Shown: positions 1-13,631, counted from the first letter of the whole stretch. The stretch is 63,482 bases of DNA, filler included, from Folioceros fuciformis (GCA_049999805.1; 6 parts of 6 records of this genome joined end to end with filler, not necessarily neighbours in it); one strand, 5' to 3'. Notes: a model not told the origin generated them from the letters alone. Translations and numbers: made by a program.

Positions 1-425
1 TGTAAAACTAAGAAAAAGAACCCTAAATTGTATATTGCACCCCGCACCTCCTTCCGCCATGAAAGATGATTCAAAAACCCTAAGCTAATTGAATGGTGCT
101 TGAAGAATTTGGATGGTGCTGCTAAAGTTATGACGATATTTCAACCTAACTTGTGAATGGCCGGTTTGGATTGTTTTTTTCATGATCTAAACATTTATCC
201 TCAAGTATGGAATACTGATTAGGACATTTTTTTTTTAATACGTATTTTCTATGGGAATATATGATGGCATCTCGAGAATATTCTCATCCTCAACCTAGCC
301 ACGTCATCGAACCTACCTATACACCATATAGGATTTTTTCCTCTAACTGTAACCGGTATGTGGACCGAGAGGAACACATCATTTGTTCTTTATTTCGGTT
401 CATATACATAGTGTTTTAAGATTCG

Positions 426-531
426 TCCCGATTGACACCACCGTGAGGCCTCCCGATTGACACTACCGTGAGTGAGGGCTCCCGATTACCACCGCCGTGA
501 GGGCTCCCGATTGACATCGCCGTGAGGGCTC
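426..531. repeat. Tandem minisatellite, about 4 copies of a 25-29 bp unit (CCCGATTGACACCACCGTGAGGGCT)
   Basis: Four imperfect copies are directly visible. Confidence 0.85.
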
Positions 532-1120
532 ATTTACGGTTTCGGGTTTAGGTCTAGTCCAGGACGTGCACACCAACACACTTACAATAGCAACACTTTT
601 GTGCAAATGATAGCTTACGAATTACAGGGTCAAGAAGCCACAGCTGCTCTTACACAGTTCACAAGAAACATGAAGTTCATTCTGCTGGACCAGATAGGCA
701 ACAAGCCAACCTACAGCAACCTACAGCACCTTCCACAAAACATCTACAGACTAGGGTCGCTGCTGCTACAAGATCAGCCTACCATCAGCAGATACTAGAA
801 AAACTACAGGAGTTCACCAACTCTGCAACACCAACGCCAATGCCTATAACTTGCCTACACCTCCAGACCCTGCACGCCACATGCATCCCTAAACCTCGCG
901 ATCCCTATCACGAGAGGCAGCCTCCACATCTGTTGCACAGTCACGAATGTTCGCCCTTAGCTTGCGCAAATTACTTTCTAGCGACTTCACCAACCCAAGG
1001 CTGTTGTGCAAAGCATGCACCGTGTCCGCTAGGGTGTCTGTGACATTGCCTCCGTTGCTGCCTCCCGCTGTTGCGTGTCGCCCTGGTGTGCCGCGGGTGG
1101 TACCTTGCCCTTGTCCGAAT

Positions 1121-1180
1121 CGGTCGTAGGGCACAAAGTAGATGTCCCGATCGGGACATCTACTTTGTGCCCTACAACCG
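1121..1180. repeat. Long palindrome (perfect 50 bp core at 1126-1175)
   Basis: GTAGGGCACAAAGTAGATGTCCCGA|TCGGGACATCTACTTTGTGCCCTAC, extended by CGGT/ACCG after one mismatch. Confidence 0.95.
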
Positions 1181-1864
1181 AACTGTTATGTCTAAAATAT
1201 TTGGACCGTATACCGCCGCCCTAAAGTTTGTGTAAAAGAACTTGTGACCGTATGGGTATTCCATACCCATTCAAAAACGGGAGAGACTCACTCTTTAAAA
1301 AAAAAATTCTACCATATCCCTCTCTCCGGTTCGGTATGCCATATAGTCCCCCGCGGTTTGGGTAAGTAAGTTCCCCTTTGTACTTTATTTTTTTATTAGA
1401 TAAATTATCCTTTATTTTTGGGTAGAAAAATAGAGTTTGGTCTTCATCGTGTCGGGTCGGAGCATGGACGCCGTCTCACGTGGGATTATGATCGAGGATT
1501 GACTGTCAGGGCTCCAGACACACGAGATTCATGAAGTCCATGAGGTCAGAGGTGAGCTTGTCGGGTCGTGTGTGTTACCGGGCTACGCGACAGAAATGAC
1601 AGACCAGACGAACGAGATGAACGTCCAGAGTCCAGACTCCAACGGGAACACGTTTCGTGCAATGTTGTGTGCCACCCCCGTGTAGACGGCTGTGGCGGGA
1701 GTTTCGCTGCAATGGCTTCCTATGACACCTTCGACGCTCCTGCCACTGGCTCTGGTTATTATAAAACATACTCCTCCTGGGACTTGGGACAACAAGACGC
1801 CGAGACCCTCTATGAGACGCTGAGACTCTGGGAGACCCTGCGATACACAGAGTCGTAGTTTGGA

Positions 1865-2476
1865 ATGGCGTCTTTGCCGAGGATGGAGCGCGCCGAGAGG
1901 ACCTGGAATGGCGCGAGCGTCGGGGACGGAGCCTGGCGTTTGCTGCGGCTGCTGCGGCCGATTCGGAAGCTGGTGAAGGGAGTGCTGAGCAGGCGAGGCC
2001 AATTGGTGAGCGGAGGCGGAAAGGAGGAAACGGCTGCGGGGCCGGTGCTGGCCCCGGCGACGGTGCTGCAGCCGGACGGGGAGGCTGTGGATTATCGCGG
2101 GAGGACGCGGTGCTGTCACGCGATGCGGCAGTATCCTTCGTACAGGCTGTGCCCGACCAGCGCGCTGGTGCTGAGGCAAGAGAGTTACCTACTCGCGGAC
2201 GACGAGTGGCTGCAGCCGGGGGAGATTTACATTCTTGTGCCGAGGGGGAAGGGGATCCTCGAGCCAGACGCCAAGATTCCTATTTCGATCAAGAATTATA
2301 GTACGATTGTGGCCAGGTTCAATCCCGAGAGCATCCACGTCCGAGTGGGAAGTGGTCCTGTGAGTTATCGCCACGAGCAAATGCAATTAACACCGACGCA
2401 GGTTACGCGGGAGGGAACGGACTGGAAGAGGGGGAGGTCGGTGCACAAAGCGACTATGCCTCGCATTTCGGAGTGA
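1865..2476 (+). CDS. PADRE domain (DUF4228) protein
   Basis: Intronless 203 aa ORF. VLQPDGEAVDY...MRQYPSY...LADDEWLQPGEIYILVP matches the DUF4228 pattern. Confidence 0.7.
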   Translation: MASLPRMERAERTWNGASVGDGAWRLLRLLRPIRKLVKGVLSRRGQLVSGGGKEETAAGPVLAPATVLQPDGEAVDYRGRTRCCHAMRQYPSYRLCPTSALVLRQESYLLADDEWLQPGEIYILVPRGKGILEPDAKIPISIKNYSTIVARFNPESIHVRVGSGPVSYRHEQMQLTPTQVTREGTDWKRGRSVHKATMPRISE

Positions 2477-2671
2477 AATGGAGTGCATTTCGAATTTGCC
2501 AGCTCTGTCTTACAAGGCAGTCTTGGATAAACGCTTGGTGCACTTGTCTAGATCGACCTAGGTGGATTATAGCATTATTAGGTTGGCTTGGCTGTGGCCA
2601 TGAATTTTGCGACATTGCGGACAGTAGACAGCTACGATGACAGACGATCACGACTCTTCTTCCGCAGTGAG

Positions 2672-3166
2672 CTAATCGACTGCATACCGATCCCATGGAG
2701 ACATCTGTTTGCTGAAGTGCGTGTTGGGAGGCAACCAGCGGACGAAGCAGTCGGGGGAGTACACTGCAGCTGCTTTCTTCCTCACGCAGAACCAGTTTCC
2801 CAACGCGTCTGTGAGTCGCTGTAAGCACCAGCTGCAATCTTCCCGGCTCTTCATGGTCGCCGATTCTTTACAGGCCGCCCTGTATTTGATCTGTCCGATG
2901 TACTCTTCCTGGAATGGGAATCTGAAGATTTGCCCGGGACCGACTGGCCACATGTACGGTGCATCCACCTTCACAATCTTCTTCGTCCTCGCCACATAGA
3001 AAGCGAAGGTGCTGTTTTCTTTGTAGGACTGCTGTCCACATTCAATCTTCAGCGGCCTGATCCGAGGGGTGGATGTCTTGTTCTTGTGGCCCGATACTTC
3101 GTCTACCGCAGTGAGCAGCAGACCTAGTGTACATGTCGCTACCAGCCACGGCTTCAGCTGCTCCAT
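2672..3166 (-). CDS. Secreted cysteine-rich Gnk2-homologous (DUF26) protein, single domain
   Basis: Hydrophobic signal peptide, then CGQQSY...C-X11-C-X2-C...C...AAAVYSPDCFVRW, resembling the DUF26 cysteine pattern. Confidence 0.65.
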   Translation of the reverse strand: MEQLKPWLVATCTLGLLLTAVDEVSGHKNKTSTPRIRPLKIECGQQSYKENSTFAFYVARTKKIVKVDAPYMWPVGPGQIFRFPFQEEYIGQIKYRAACKESATMKSREDCSWCLQRLTDALGNWFCVRKKAAAVYSPDCFVRWLPPNTHFSKQMSPWDRYAVD

Positions 3167-3773
3167 AATGAGAACGCCCTTGTGGTTTAGCCAGGTTAGG
3201 TGAAGTCTAGTCGCCCCCTTTATGTGATGACGTAATGCAGTAGAAGTCGGTCAGCAAACTCTAGATACTTTTCAACAGATTCTGGAAGATGCTCCTCGTT
3301 GGGAGAAAGAACATTCTGCTGATCTGCATTCCAAAGCTGCTAGGAGAACGGCGTTCTAGGACATCGTGTCCAATCTGTTCCTACTAGGCTGACACAGAAG
3401 TACTACCTTCGATGGACTAGTTTTGTTGCGCACTCAGTCCTCCATTCAAACCTTGACCAATCCCAGAGGACAAAGAAGTTGTTGAACTTTATTACAAACC
3501 TGTCAAGCTCGCAAACCTCCAGCGCAGTGGCTGGTTGTTGTAGCCTGCAACTCACAAGACTGCAATGCCCAGGGCGTACAGCAGGCCAACGAGGCATGCA
3601 TGTGACCACAGAACACTGCCTTGCTCTAACCTGCTTCTAGAGCTTGTGCGAATGTAGCTTCACCCACCCCCTGAGATCACGCGGACCGAATGATGCCCGC
3701 ATAAAATTACCTTAAAATACCATGACTCATCAACATCATGTTTCCTCCAGCGTCCAACTCAACCGGTTCTGTT

Positions 3774-6700
3774 TCAAAGAATCTGCGGCCTTGACTGTAC
3801 GACTGCGAAACTGCCATTCCTGTACACTCCTTCTATATCCTGCACAGTCAGACAACATCCATCCACAGTTTCAGATGATGCTGGGTGCAATCCGCGGCTG
3901 ATTCTGGCAACCCCACGTCGTGCAACATACCTGAGGTTCCCCGCCAAATGCACCCTCCACAGCCAAGCCGACCTTAACAATCCCCTTAATCAGCTGTTCC
4001 CGAAACTGTGAAGCGCGAAGAAAAGCGGTTGTCAAGGGACTCTACGACTACACACCACGACTTGGCTGCCTAACGGACGGGAAGCATCTCCTCATTGTTT
4101 TAGGGGCTTACAGGTAAATCCCACAATAGACGTTCCTGTGCGTAGTCCACCAAGATTTCTTCTGGTGGGTCTATCATCTTGCTATCGTACCTGCAGTAGC
4201 CCAGTTGGTAAGCATTTACAGATGCCTCGGCCAAGTGCCAGAACCTCATGACAGCTGACGAAACTTACAGGCCAGCCCCAGCAAATGACTCCAAATCCTC
4301 TCCGTTGGAGTCTGAGCGAGCGATCAAAGACGCCTCAGACGCGAATATAGCAATGGCTTTCGAGGGTAGGGACTCTATGCTTGGCCCTGCATTCGAACGC
4401 AATGAACAGAAGATGAGACACGAAACAAGGCAGGGCTTACGGGCCCTTGCACTTCTTTCTTTGTTTCTCACTTGCATTCAAGCCTTTTGAGATGCTGAAG
4501 CTGAGGGCACGACCATTGGAATTGCCTACCAAAACCTCGCCGAGCCCTGCCACCACCTGTCACGTAGTTCACACCACCCACTTCTTACCAGGATTCCATG
4601 CAAGGTGTCAGAATCAAAACAAAAAGATAAGGAAGGAGAATAGTGAGTACCTCACAGAACATGACTGTCGTGTCTTTAGTAACTGGATGGGCAGTGTGCA
4701 AAACGAAGGCATACTCAGCAGGGATAACCTTCTGAAGTAAGCATCCCATGTGAAGCGCATCATCGTCAATGCCTTGCGACCGACGGCTTAACCTGTGAAA
4801 CCATCACATCTTGAGTGATAATGCTCTTTGTCTTCAAAGGACGACATTTTATGATCGGCTTCACGCTTGCTGTCAATCTGACGTTACCATGCTCTGTCTG
4901 TCCACTTGCTGGCCCACACACCACAGACTGCTTGCCATACACTATCCCATCTGTGCTTCCTTTTCCAGGCACCAGCTTCTATCAAACCCAACTCTTCAGC
5001 AGCATGCGTAAGAGACTCTTGTAGACGTCGTGGAGCTACCAGGTCCTGGCTGACCATCTCCCTGAGCCGCACCAGCTCACCTGGTACTCTGGACCAAGGG
5101 AACAGAGAAGAGGTGTATCAGGATAAACGTGTCCTCCCTACGATATAGATCAACCGCCATGGCCAACTTTCAGGTGAGAGAAAACCTACCCTGACTTCAA
5201 CGAGTGCGCTCTCATATCTTGAAGGCAAGCCCTCATGGCTGACGCCGTACCAGCATTGATGGGGTCATTCAAGACCTTTCCAAACACGTCAAATGGCAGG
5301 CTGATGGCAAGCGGGAACTGAGAAGAAAATCATGTCAGCATGCAGGAGACAGGCCCCCACGCCACGAATTTGAAAGGTAGCAGAACAATCATTCCAGACG
5401 ATTGCCTACCTGTATCAGGGCATCCGGCAAGAGTGCCCGCAACTTTGCAATGTTAAGAGCTTTCCCACCTACTTTCCCTTCATCAAACTCTTGTTCTGTC
5501 AACAACCACTTGAATACCCAATTTTGTACAAGCTCAGTCGCTGCGATGTTATCCTTCTCAGAACAAAAGAAAGTACATGGCACACCCGAGCCTGTAACAT
5601 ATCTCACCTTTGCAGATGGCGAAACTGGAGACACATCTGCAAAATGTGGGCAAGCTTCAGCATAGCTACCACTAACTCAGACTACGACGTTTGAAAGAAA
5701 AGTGACTGACTGCAAAGCCATTTTCAAAGGACACCGATTTCTCACAAGAGCGAAGCATGGTCTTGAGAAAACTTTGATCAGCGATATCCAAAGAGTCTTC
5801 TTCCACAATGACTCTTCCAGTGGTTTCCAGCTTCACAATAGCTCGATGCCCTGCAACCGAGTCTGTTAGATACATGCGCTAGGGAGAAGGGCTATCTGAA
5901 GGGCCACCTTGGATAGAGAAGAGAAGGACTGAATCAGTGAAATGTTGTCGCTAACCTTCAAGGGACTTCAGTGCATCGAATTCGGTCTGATCACAGCAGG
6001 TGGCAAGGAAAACCTTGAAATGAAAACAAGTACGATTAGCGGCAGTGTCCAGTACAAGCGGACCTAGCACAAGCAGATGGTAGCTCAAAGGATGATCCCA
6101 AACCGATTGAAATACTGACAAGAACAACCCAGTGAAACTACCTACTTTGCTGTTGCGAGCTCGAATTGCCACATGGCTCAGAACATCAACAGATGCCGAG
6201 CTCAAAACAGCAGAAACCCCATCGGGTATATCCTCCATGCCACCCACCTTTCGTGTCCAGAAACAACGACACTTGTGAGGGAGGTGTACAGCCAAGGAAT
6301 GCAATAGTGACTCTTTGGTAAGGAAAATGACCATAACAAGTTGAGATGTGGTGGAACCCAAAAAGACACCTTGCCTGCTCCATGGACCTGTAAGACACCG
6401 ATGCATTTGTACTCACGAAGCAGAAAGCGTAACAACCTTATCAGTTACGATGACTTGCCGAGACGAGTACATGGCGCCCTGCACATCCGCTAGTGATGGT
6501 ACTACCAGCACCGTTCCCCTCGCAATATCGTGGTGACTCACAACCTGTCGGCGGTCATCACAGGGGAATGACAATGAGTGACTTCAGGGAACCCCGCTCC
6601 ACAGGTATTTTGCAGGCATAACGCTGGCAGCCCATTTACAAGAAGCAAAGTTTGTAGACATGCCTGCCATGAGCTCAAGTTTGCAGTAGCACGTAGCATA

Positions 6701-9700
6701 GGTTGTAGCTTCTGTACGAGTGTTGACAAATGGAACAAGGACTGGCCCCGTACTACCTGCCGCATTGCAATGTTCCCATTAGCGATTTGGACTTCACCGT
6801 CAAGTACAGATGCGCATCGGCTCATCGTGCAGATATGATGCACAGTAAGGACCTCTTCACCAAAATTCCTGACATAGGCTTCTGGAATATCACAAGCGTT
6901 TCCCAGAAGCTCAGCATGAGGTTGCACTAGCCTGTAGATGCCATCCATGTAGTCTGGAAACAAATTTGATTATGATGAGAAACAACCCGGGAATTCGTGA
7001 CAACTGGAAGACAGAGACCGAAACTGACAATTTTCACCAACCTTGAAGTGCTATCAAAATTCGGTCCACAGCAGCCAAAGCAAGAAAAGCCCAATCCTGG
7101 GTCCATCTGCACTCGCTCTTCACCTGTTTTCACGTTACGGCAATCGAGGCATGAACGACCGTGAGACGGGAAGCTGTGTTGGACGCAAATTGAGGACAAA
7201 GTACATCATCTTAGCTCACCCTGTTCCAGTACGATCGGCACATTCTGAAGTGCTCGCTCTCAGACGCAATAGCAGCATTGGATAGCACAAGAGCAATGAG
7301 CTCACAGAGGTCATCCCCACTTAAGGTAGCCTGCATTCAGAAAGAAAACCATGGGTGGTGATCCTAGAGCTACAGAAGAAATAGACGACCACTTGCTGGA
7401 GCCTCGACAATCACCTTGTCAATGCGCCCCAAGCATAGCCCAAAAAAGCCATCAAGAGCAATGTCTAAGAGAAGAACGTCTCGGCTGGCCCAATTCGCCC
7501 TCCAAACTCTCTCAAGCCGTTGCCTGGCTTCAACCACCTTTCCGGGAATCCACCAAGCATCTCGATTTGAAAAAATATTGTACAGCATACCCTTCAGCTC
7601 ATCATCCAAAAATCCTTTGCTCATTTCCAGCATTACATCAAGATCAGCTCCGGAATGTACGGTCTTCAGAATCCACAGAAAATGCTGCAAATTTCGATGG
7701 GCAGAAGAGCTCGCTATTGTTATCATCAACTCCCTCTTATCTTGAAACTGGTTAACAACAACAGCAGGCCGAGGGCACCGATTTTACTTGGAAGGCAGGA
7801 ATAAGATGGGGCAGGTAGATGGGCGTGGCAGTGATTGGGTGATCCATAGTCTCTAACCAATCCTTGGAGACACCTCCGTTGTCCCTAAAGAGGAAAAAGT
7901 ACGGTCCAACTTTTGTGAGCATCATAGACTTTGATGGGAATCAGTGGCTTAAAGAATGGCACACGGGCGCGTCACCATAAAGTTCTGTAGAAATTATCCA
8001 TGCTATTCGTGTTGAGAAAATGAAGGTATGCCTGTACAAACACCACGAAACTATATGAGACAATGCTGCTCCAGACAGGGTGTGTGAAACACCTTCTCAG
8101 GTCGTGCCTTCCTCAGTGCTACGAACGTGGACTACGATTCTACCTCACAAATATGGATGTCTTCAGGTGAGGTATTCGTGTGCAGCTTTTGATGCCATTG
8201 CTCTAGAAAGGGCTCTTCAATGCCTGGTCTGCACACTCGCATTTAGGAACGATAAACCTCCAGACACAGAAAGTCACTGGCTTGAGCAAATCTAAGCAAG
8301 ACAGAAGCATCACACCTGGTTTACCTGTGCCCCTCCCTGATCCCATGTTCTCGCATTATGTTCAAGATTCTGCAGTGACAGCGGACTGTCAAGTGAGAAG
8401 TGGATCTCCTGTTGTGTTCACGAAGATGACAAATCACCTGCTTGAGATGACACATACCCCATCCTTATCTGCTCAGAATCACCACCCCCACGTGGAAGAG
8501 TGGCCATGGCCATGCGGGCCAAACGGCGAACGGCAGGGTCGTTCCCAGATTTAGCTTTCTCTGACATCAGGGTTGCAAGCCTCTGAGATTGTTGCAAACC
8601 AGCTTAGTAAACCCTTCTCCGACAGAAAAGTACAGATATGTATTGAATTTTGAGCATGGACAACACCAAACGGCGCTACCTCTTGCACATGGGCTATGTC
8701 CTTGGATTGATAGTTGCAATTGCGGTACCAGGTTAGCTACAGAATAGGGTACGGAGATATTAGACACATATTTCCACCTCCAAATTGACTGGCTTCCATC
8801 AGGTCAACAGTGAAGAGCAGCTTGGGCAGTGGGATGAACCTGCTTATTTGCAGAGAAGCGGAGCCAGGTATAAATCAGGGCCATCCCCTCAGCCCCTATC
8901 GCCTCAGCTGCATCTAGAAGCTCAGCTGCCAGAATGAAACGGCTGAAGAGCGACCAATTGCTGTAAGATTTCTCTGGGACAACCACCTAACAGAAGCACC
9001 ATGTATCTTAGACCACGATGACGTCAGGACCCCGTCCGATTGGATTGCAGAGGACAGCATACTTGGAAGCAGCAATCAATTAGCTATTTGCAGGCCGCTT
9101 TACTTGTGCGATAAGAGCAGGCATGTCCAACATCTTAAGCGGAACGGTGAAGCAGCCATTGTTGTTGTACCAGTTGCCGTCTTTATCCTGCCAAAGACGA
9201 GGACGCACACGGAGTCGAGCTTCAGATGTTTTTCCCTTCCCCCGAACATTGTTGCTCGATGGTTTGAATTAAAAAAGACTTCTCTTACTCGGAGAACGAA
9301 CACAATGCGCTGAGGAATCTCATCTTCGGGAATGGTCATCACTACCTGATAGGGCCATACACAAGACTGTGTGAGCAACCCCTTCAAGAGACAATTGAAC
9401 CAGAAACTCCACAGACTTCAGATGTCCGGGTTGTTACAGGTCGAAGCCATCGGATCTCACCTGCCATGTATCAAGGTCGGGGTCATCCTGCTTTTGGACA
9501 AGGAAATCCCATCATCAACGTTACAACAGGACCAAATCCTGTCAAACTAGTTGTTTGAGGAGCTTGCAACCGACAAGAGGAGTCCCAGAGAAGACGCTGT
9601 TAGACTACCTGGTAGTGGCCAGGCCCGATAGAAGCGAAGGGCGTTTCCACTGCCTTGTCGTTCACTTGAGAGGAATTCGCGGGCCACCAGGAGCTGTTAG

Positions 9701-10624
9701 GCAAGGACCACGTGTTGACGGCCCAGTGCAGAGTCTGTAAAGCTCCCCCCCCCCCACCAATTTACAGACAGAACCAACATTATTCCAACCTCAATATCAT
9801 CACAACGCACCACAATCCTAATCTCCCATCACCCACGAGCTATCATCTAACGCTAGCTGCAGTCTCAAACCAGTCCAACACCGCACCATCATCGGCTGCC
9901 CGACTGGGACGTGATCGACTCCAGTCAAGACACTTGCCATTTCCTGCTCCGGCATGGAGAATTCCACTTGGTACGCATTGTCCGAGGTAGTCTCCGTCCT
10001 CACCACCAGAGCAACGCCCTCCTTAAACACGTACGTCAGAGTCTCATCCAGATGCGAGTCGTCCAGGTCTTTGCTGATACTGCTCTTGTATATGCTGTGC
10101 AACTCCGGTGACGGCACACTCTGCTGCTGTGCCTCGGACTCAGCTCCGGCCCCGACAACAATGCCTCCCCAGTCCTCGCTGCTGGCCACAATCCTCACCC
10201 CTGAGCGAAGCTTCCGCGACGCTATTCTCCCCGGGTAGCTCAAACCAAACCCGAACCTCCCTCCCTCGCACCCAACATTGCCACATTCAGCAGCTGCAGC
10301 TTCGCACGCAGCTGCATTCGGCCAAACACTTGGCCCAAATCCCGCCAGCGCCCGCCAACACCCAGCCTGGGACCCATAATTCCCAAACCCACAACCAGCA
10401 GCAAAGCCAGGCCTCCGCCGGACCCCAGCGCCGCCTCCACCGCCAGTGCTGCTGCTGCTGCCGACACTGCCCACAGAAAGCCCCCAATATCTACCCACAA
10501 ATCCTCCTCGCCTGGACCTTGGGCTGGGGCTGGGCCTTGCAGAGCCCCTGCCGCCGCGCCCGGGCCACAGAAACCCGCAGAACGAGGCTGAAGCCAATGC
10601 TGCACAGCCGGCCGCACCGAACAT
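3774..10624 (-). CDS. GWD: Alpha-glucan water dikinase (multi-exon, plastid-targeted)
   Basis: Exon peptides include WLRFS, the phosphohistidine motif DVLSHVAIRARNSKV, RSDSNGEDLESFAGAGL and C-terminal VVQSRPQIL*. A CBM45-like LHWAV...W..P...ETPF lies near 9650-9740, after a Gly/Ser/Arg-rich transit peptide from ATG 10624. Internal exon boundaries were not all resolved. Confidence 0.9.
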
Positions 10625-11516
10625 GCCTGACGCTCCCTTTCCGTTTCCGGAGGACACCGAAATTGATCAGGTCAGACACGCGAAGGAGAGGGAGATGGGA
10701 ATAGCGGGCCCCCGTGTTCCATTCTCTCCTCTCCTTGTGCCACCCCTGCCCCGCCTCAGCAGCATTCATCCACCCAGCTTGTTGGGTTCCAAGAGTTTCT
10801 TTCTGCGAGGCTTCAGAGAGTGGGGAAATTCCAATTTGTCTGCATTCCCAGCTTGCGAAGCAACAGCAGCTTGAGGCGACTCGCCTCCTCTCCCGCACGC
10901 GCCACAAGCCAGCATTTTGTTCCCGCCATGCATCACACAATGTCCGTGAGCGTCACGGGAGACAGCTCGCTTGCAGCCAAGAGGCGGAAGGCGGGTGGCG
11001 TGGACGGCGGGCGGTTATGAGGCCCCGTTGAATGTCCACCGCCATTCGCCGGTCGCCTCCGCTGCATCTGAACCCTCCCACCGGCTGCACCCTGTCGCCT
11101 CGGGATTCAGATTCAGATTCCAAAACGCAATAAAGAAAGGATAAGAACTTGCCAGGTGTCGGGGCACTGCGGCCGGCATCCGGATTCACGGGCTGAAACA
11201 GGCGCCAGCTGTTAAGCCAGTCAAAAAACCAATTACAGTAGTTAATCGAGAATGAGTTGTTTCATCAACCAGCTATTTTCTTAGTAAACCTGCAGTCGAC
11301 CTACACCTGCAGCCGCCGCGCAGGCATAGTGAAGGTCTAAGTCATGTGGGTTGCCGCAGGAGGAGGGTGACCTGACTTCCATGTCCATGGCTCTCATGGG
11401 GGGCGGTGGTTCTAGGGTAGGAGAAACGTTTCTTTCGTGATCTGGGTTGTGGGCTGGTATTTGGTTGGTCGCAAGGGGGGTTGAAAAGTCTCTATCTTGA
11501 CGGGTAGCTTCTTCAG

Positions 11517-13631
11517 ATGTCTCCTGCAGCTGCTTCCCCCTCGCATTCGTCCAGGTTTGGCGTCACTCTTCGTTCTTTAGATGCAATTTTGTTTCCTTTT
11601 TTGTTTTGGCTGTTTTGGGTTGAAGACATGTTGGTGTTGTTACATGGAGATGGACGGATGGATGGATGCTTTGGGAAATGGAAGTGCATGCTCGAACCCT
11701 AATTTGTTTGGTGAACATTCTGCACAGGAAGTTGAGGGCGTTTCTACGTTGGATGCGGGAGAAGGGAGTCCAGGTTGGTGAGGGTTTGGACATCAGAGTG
11801 GGGCAGGACTCTGTGGCTGACATCGGGGTGTTTGCTGCATGTGACCTAAAAGTGGGGGATGTTGTTGCCAAGATACCCAAGGAAGCATGCATCACTTTGA
11901 GGACCACTGGGGCTGCGGAGTTGTTGAAGGAGGCGGAGTTGGAGGGTTTGGAGGGGCTTGCTGTCGCCCTCATGTACGAACGGAGCAAGGGGGAGGCCTC
12001 TCCTTGGTTTGGGTATCTGCAACTGCTGCCGGAGAAGGAGGAGTCTCTGCCCTATCTGTGGAGCGAGGATGAGATAGACTCCTTTTTGATGGGCACTGAG
12101 ATTCACAAGGTCGGTTCGGGATGTTTCACCATTAATATAGCATGGTAGGAATGGTGGGATGAGTTGTAATGAACGAGGTGGGCATCCCTTTGTGATTGCC
12201 GCCTTCCTGGCTGTGTAGGCAGGCGATCAAGGAAGAACAGAAAGAGCTGCGGCGGGATTGGATGCACCATGTGGTGGAACTGAGTGAAAGGAATGCAAGC
12301 GAGTTCTCAAAGGAGTGGTTTTCTTTGGAGCATTATATTGGGGCTAAGACTTTACTGTCCTCTCGTGCCTTTCAAGTTGATGAGTATCATGGAGAGGGCA
12401 TGGTGCCTCTTGCAGACCTGTAAGATGCTCTCTTCCCCGTCTCGGTTGCCAGTGAGCGAGACAGCGTAGAAGTTGCGTTGTGAGACTGTGAAGGACGCTT
12501 ACCGTGGATCTGGCTCAGGTTCAATCACAAGACAGCTGCAGAAGACGTGCATTTCACAGACGTTCCTGACGCTGACTCGGACGAGGAAGAAGACCTCGCT
12601 GAAGAGAAAACTGAGCCAGCAGCTCAAGGTGGACATCGATATAAGACGCGGCAGAGGAGCATGCAGCAACAACCTTCTCTTCCAGCTGAAACATCATCAG
12701 ATGGAGGCCTGGAAGGCAGCGACGATGAGGACAGTGTGTCGTCAGAAATTGGTGGCTGCTTGGAGATACATGTTGTCAAAGATGTGGCTCAAGGCTCAGA
12801 GGTAGAGTTCGGAATTCTCTTCATGTAGTGTAAACTTTTGGCAAGACAAGGATGTTCTACGATGTGTAACACACCACCTGTCTGCTGCAGATATTTAACA
12901 CCTATGGCATGCGATCCAACGCAGCTCTTCTTGCGAGATACGGTTTCACAGAACCTGACAACCCTTACGATGTGGTGAATTTGGACCTATCTCTTGTCAC
13001 GCAAGCTTGTGAAGCACTCTTGACCAGTCGCCACATCCGCAGCCGTGTGTCATTATGGCGGAACACAGGGTGCGTTCCCACTTTGGAGAAGGGCTCCGAG
13101 TACTTCGAGATCACCGCGGATGGGAAGCCTGAGGCAGAGGTGCTGCTGCTTCTCTTTCTCATGTTTCTACCGGATGAGACATGTGGGCAGCTGGATCGGT
13201 CTCTAACTCCAGATATCAAAGGGGTAGAAGACGTGGTACGGCTAGTCGGATGGGATGAGGCACAAGCACCGTCAAGGAAACTGAGAGGCCCGAGCTCGAA
13301 AGGAAGGAAGAAGAAGAAACCTAGAGTGGACCCCACGCATCTGGTGGAGGATGATAGTGTCAGTGCAGCCAAGAAGGCCCAAGACATTTCGAACTGGCTC
13401 ACCACTGCTTCGGTGGGTGAAGCCTTACTCCTGGTGCTCGAAGCCCGTGATGGGCTGTACCCCTCGGCATCCTTGGACGAAGACATCGAGGCTTTGAGAA
13501 GCATCTCGGTGGCAGAGAAACCTAGACTGTTCCACGCCTTGTCCGTCCGAATAGCTGAGCGGTCCATCTTGAGACGGTGTTCCTCTCGGACCAGTGACTG
13601 GATGTCCTCTCTGAAGAAGAAACGGAGATAA
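11517..13631 (+). CDS. SET-domain N-lysine methyltransferase (SETD6/RKM3-like), about 5 exons
   Basis: RKLRAFLRWM, GVFAACDL, LMYERSKGEASPWFGYL, SSRAFQVDEYHGEGMVPLADL(FNH) and IFNTYG.RSNAALLARYGF, with GT-AG introns. Confidence 0.88.

Noticed and set aside
426..531. CRISPR-like appearance of the short repeats (also 15495-15623 and 25097-25365)
   Set aside because: No unique spacers, no cas genes and a eukaryotic context.
10108..10940. Several overlapping ORFs of 125-198 aa
   Set aside because: Alternative frames of the GC-rich first GWD exon.
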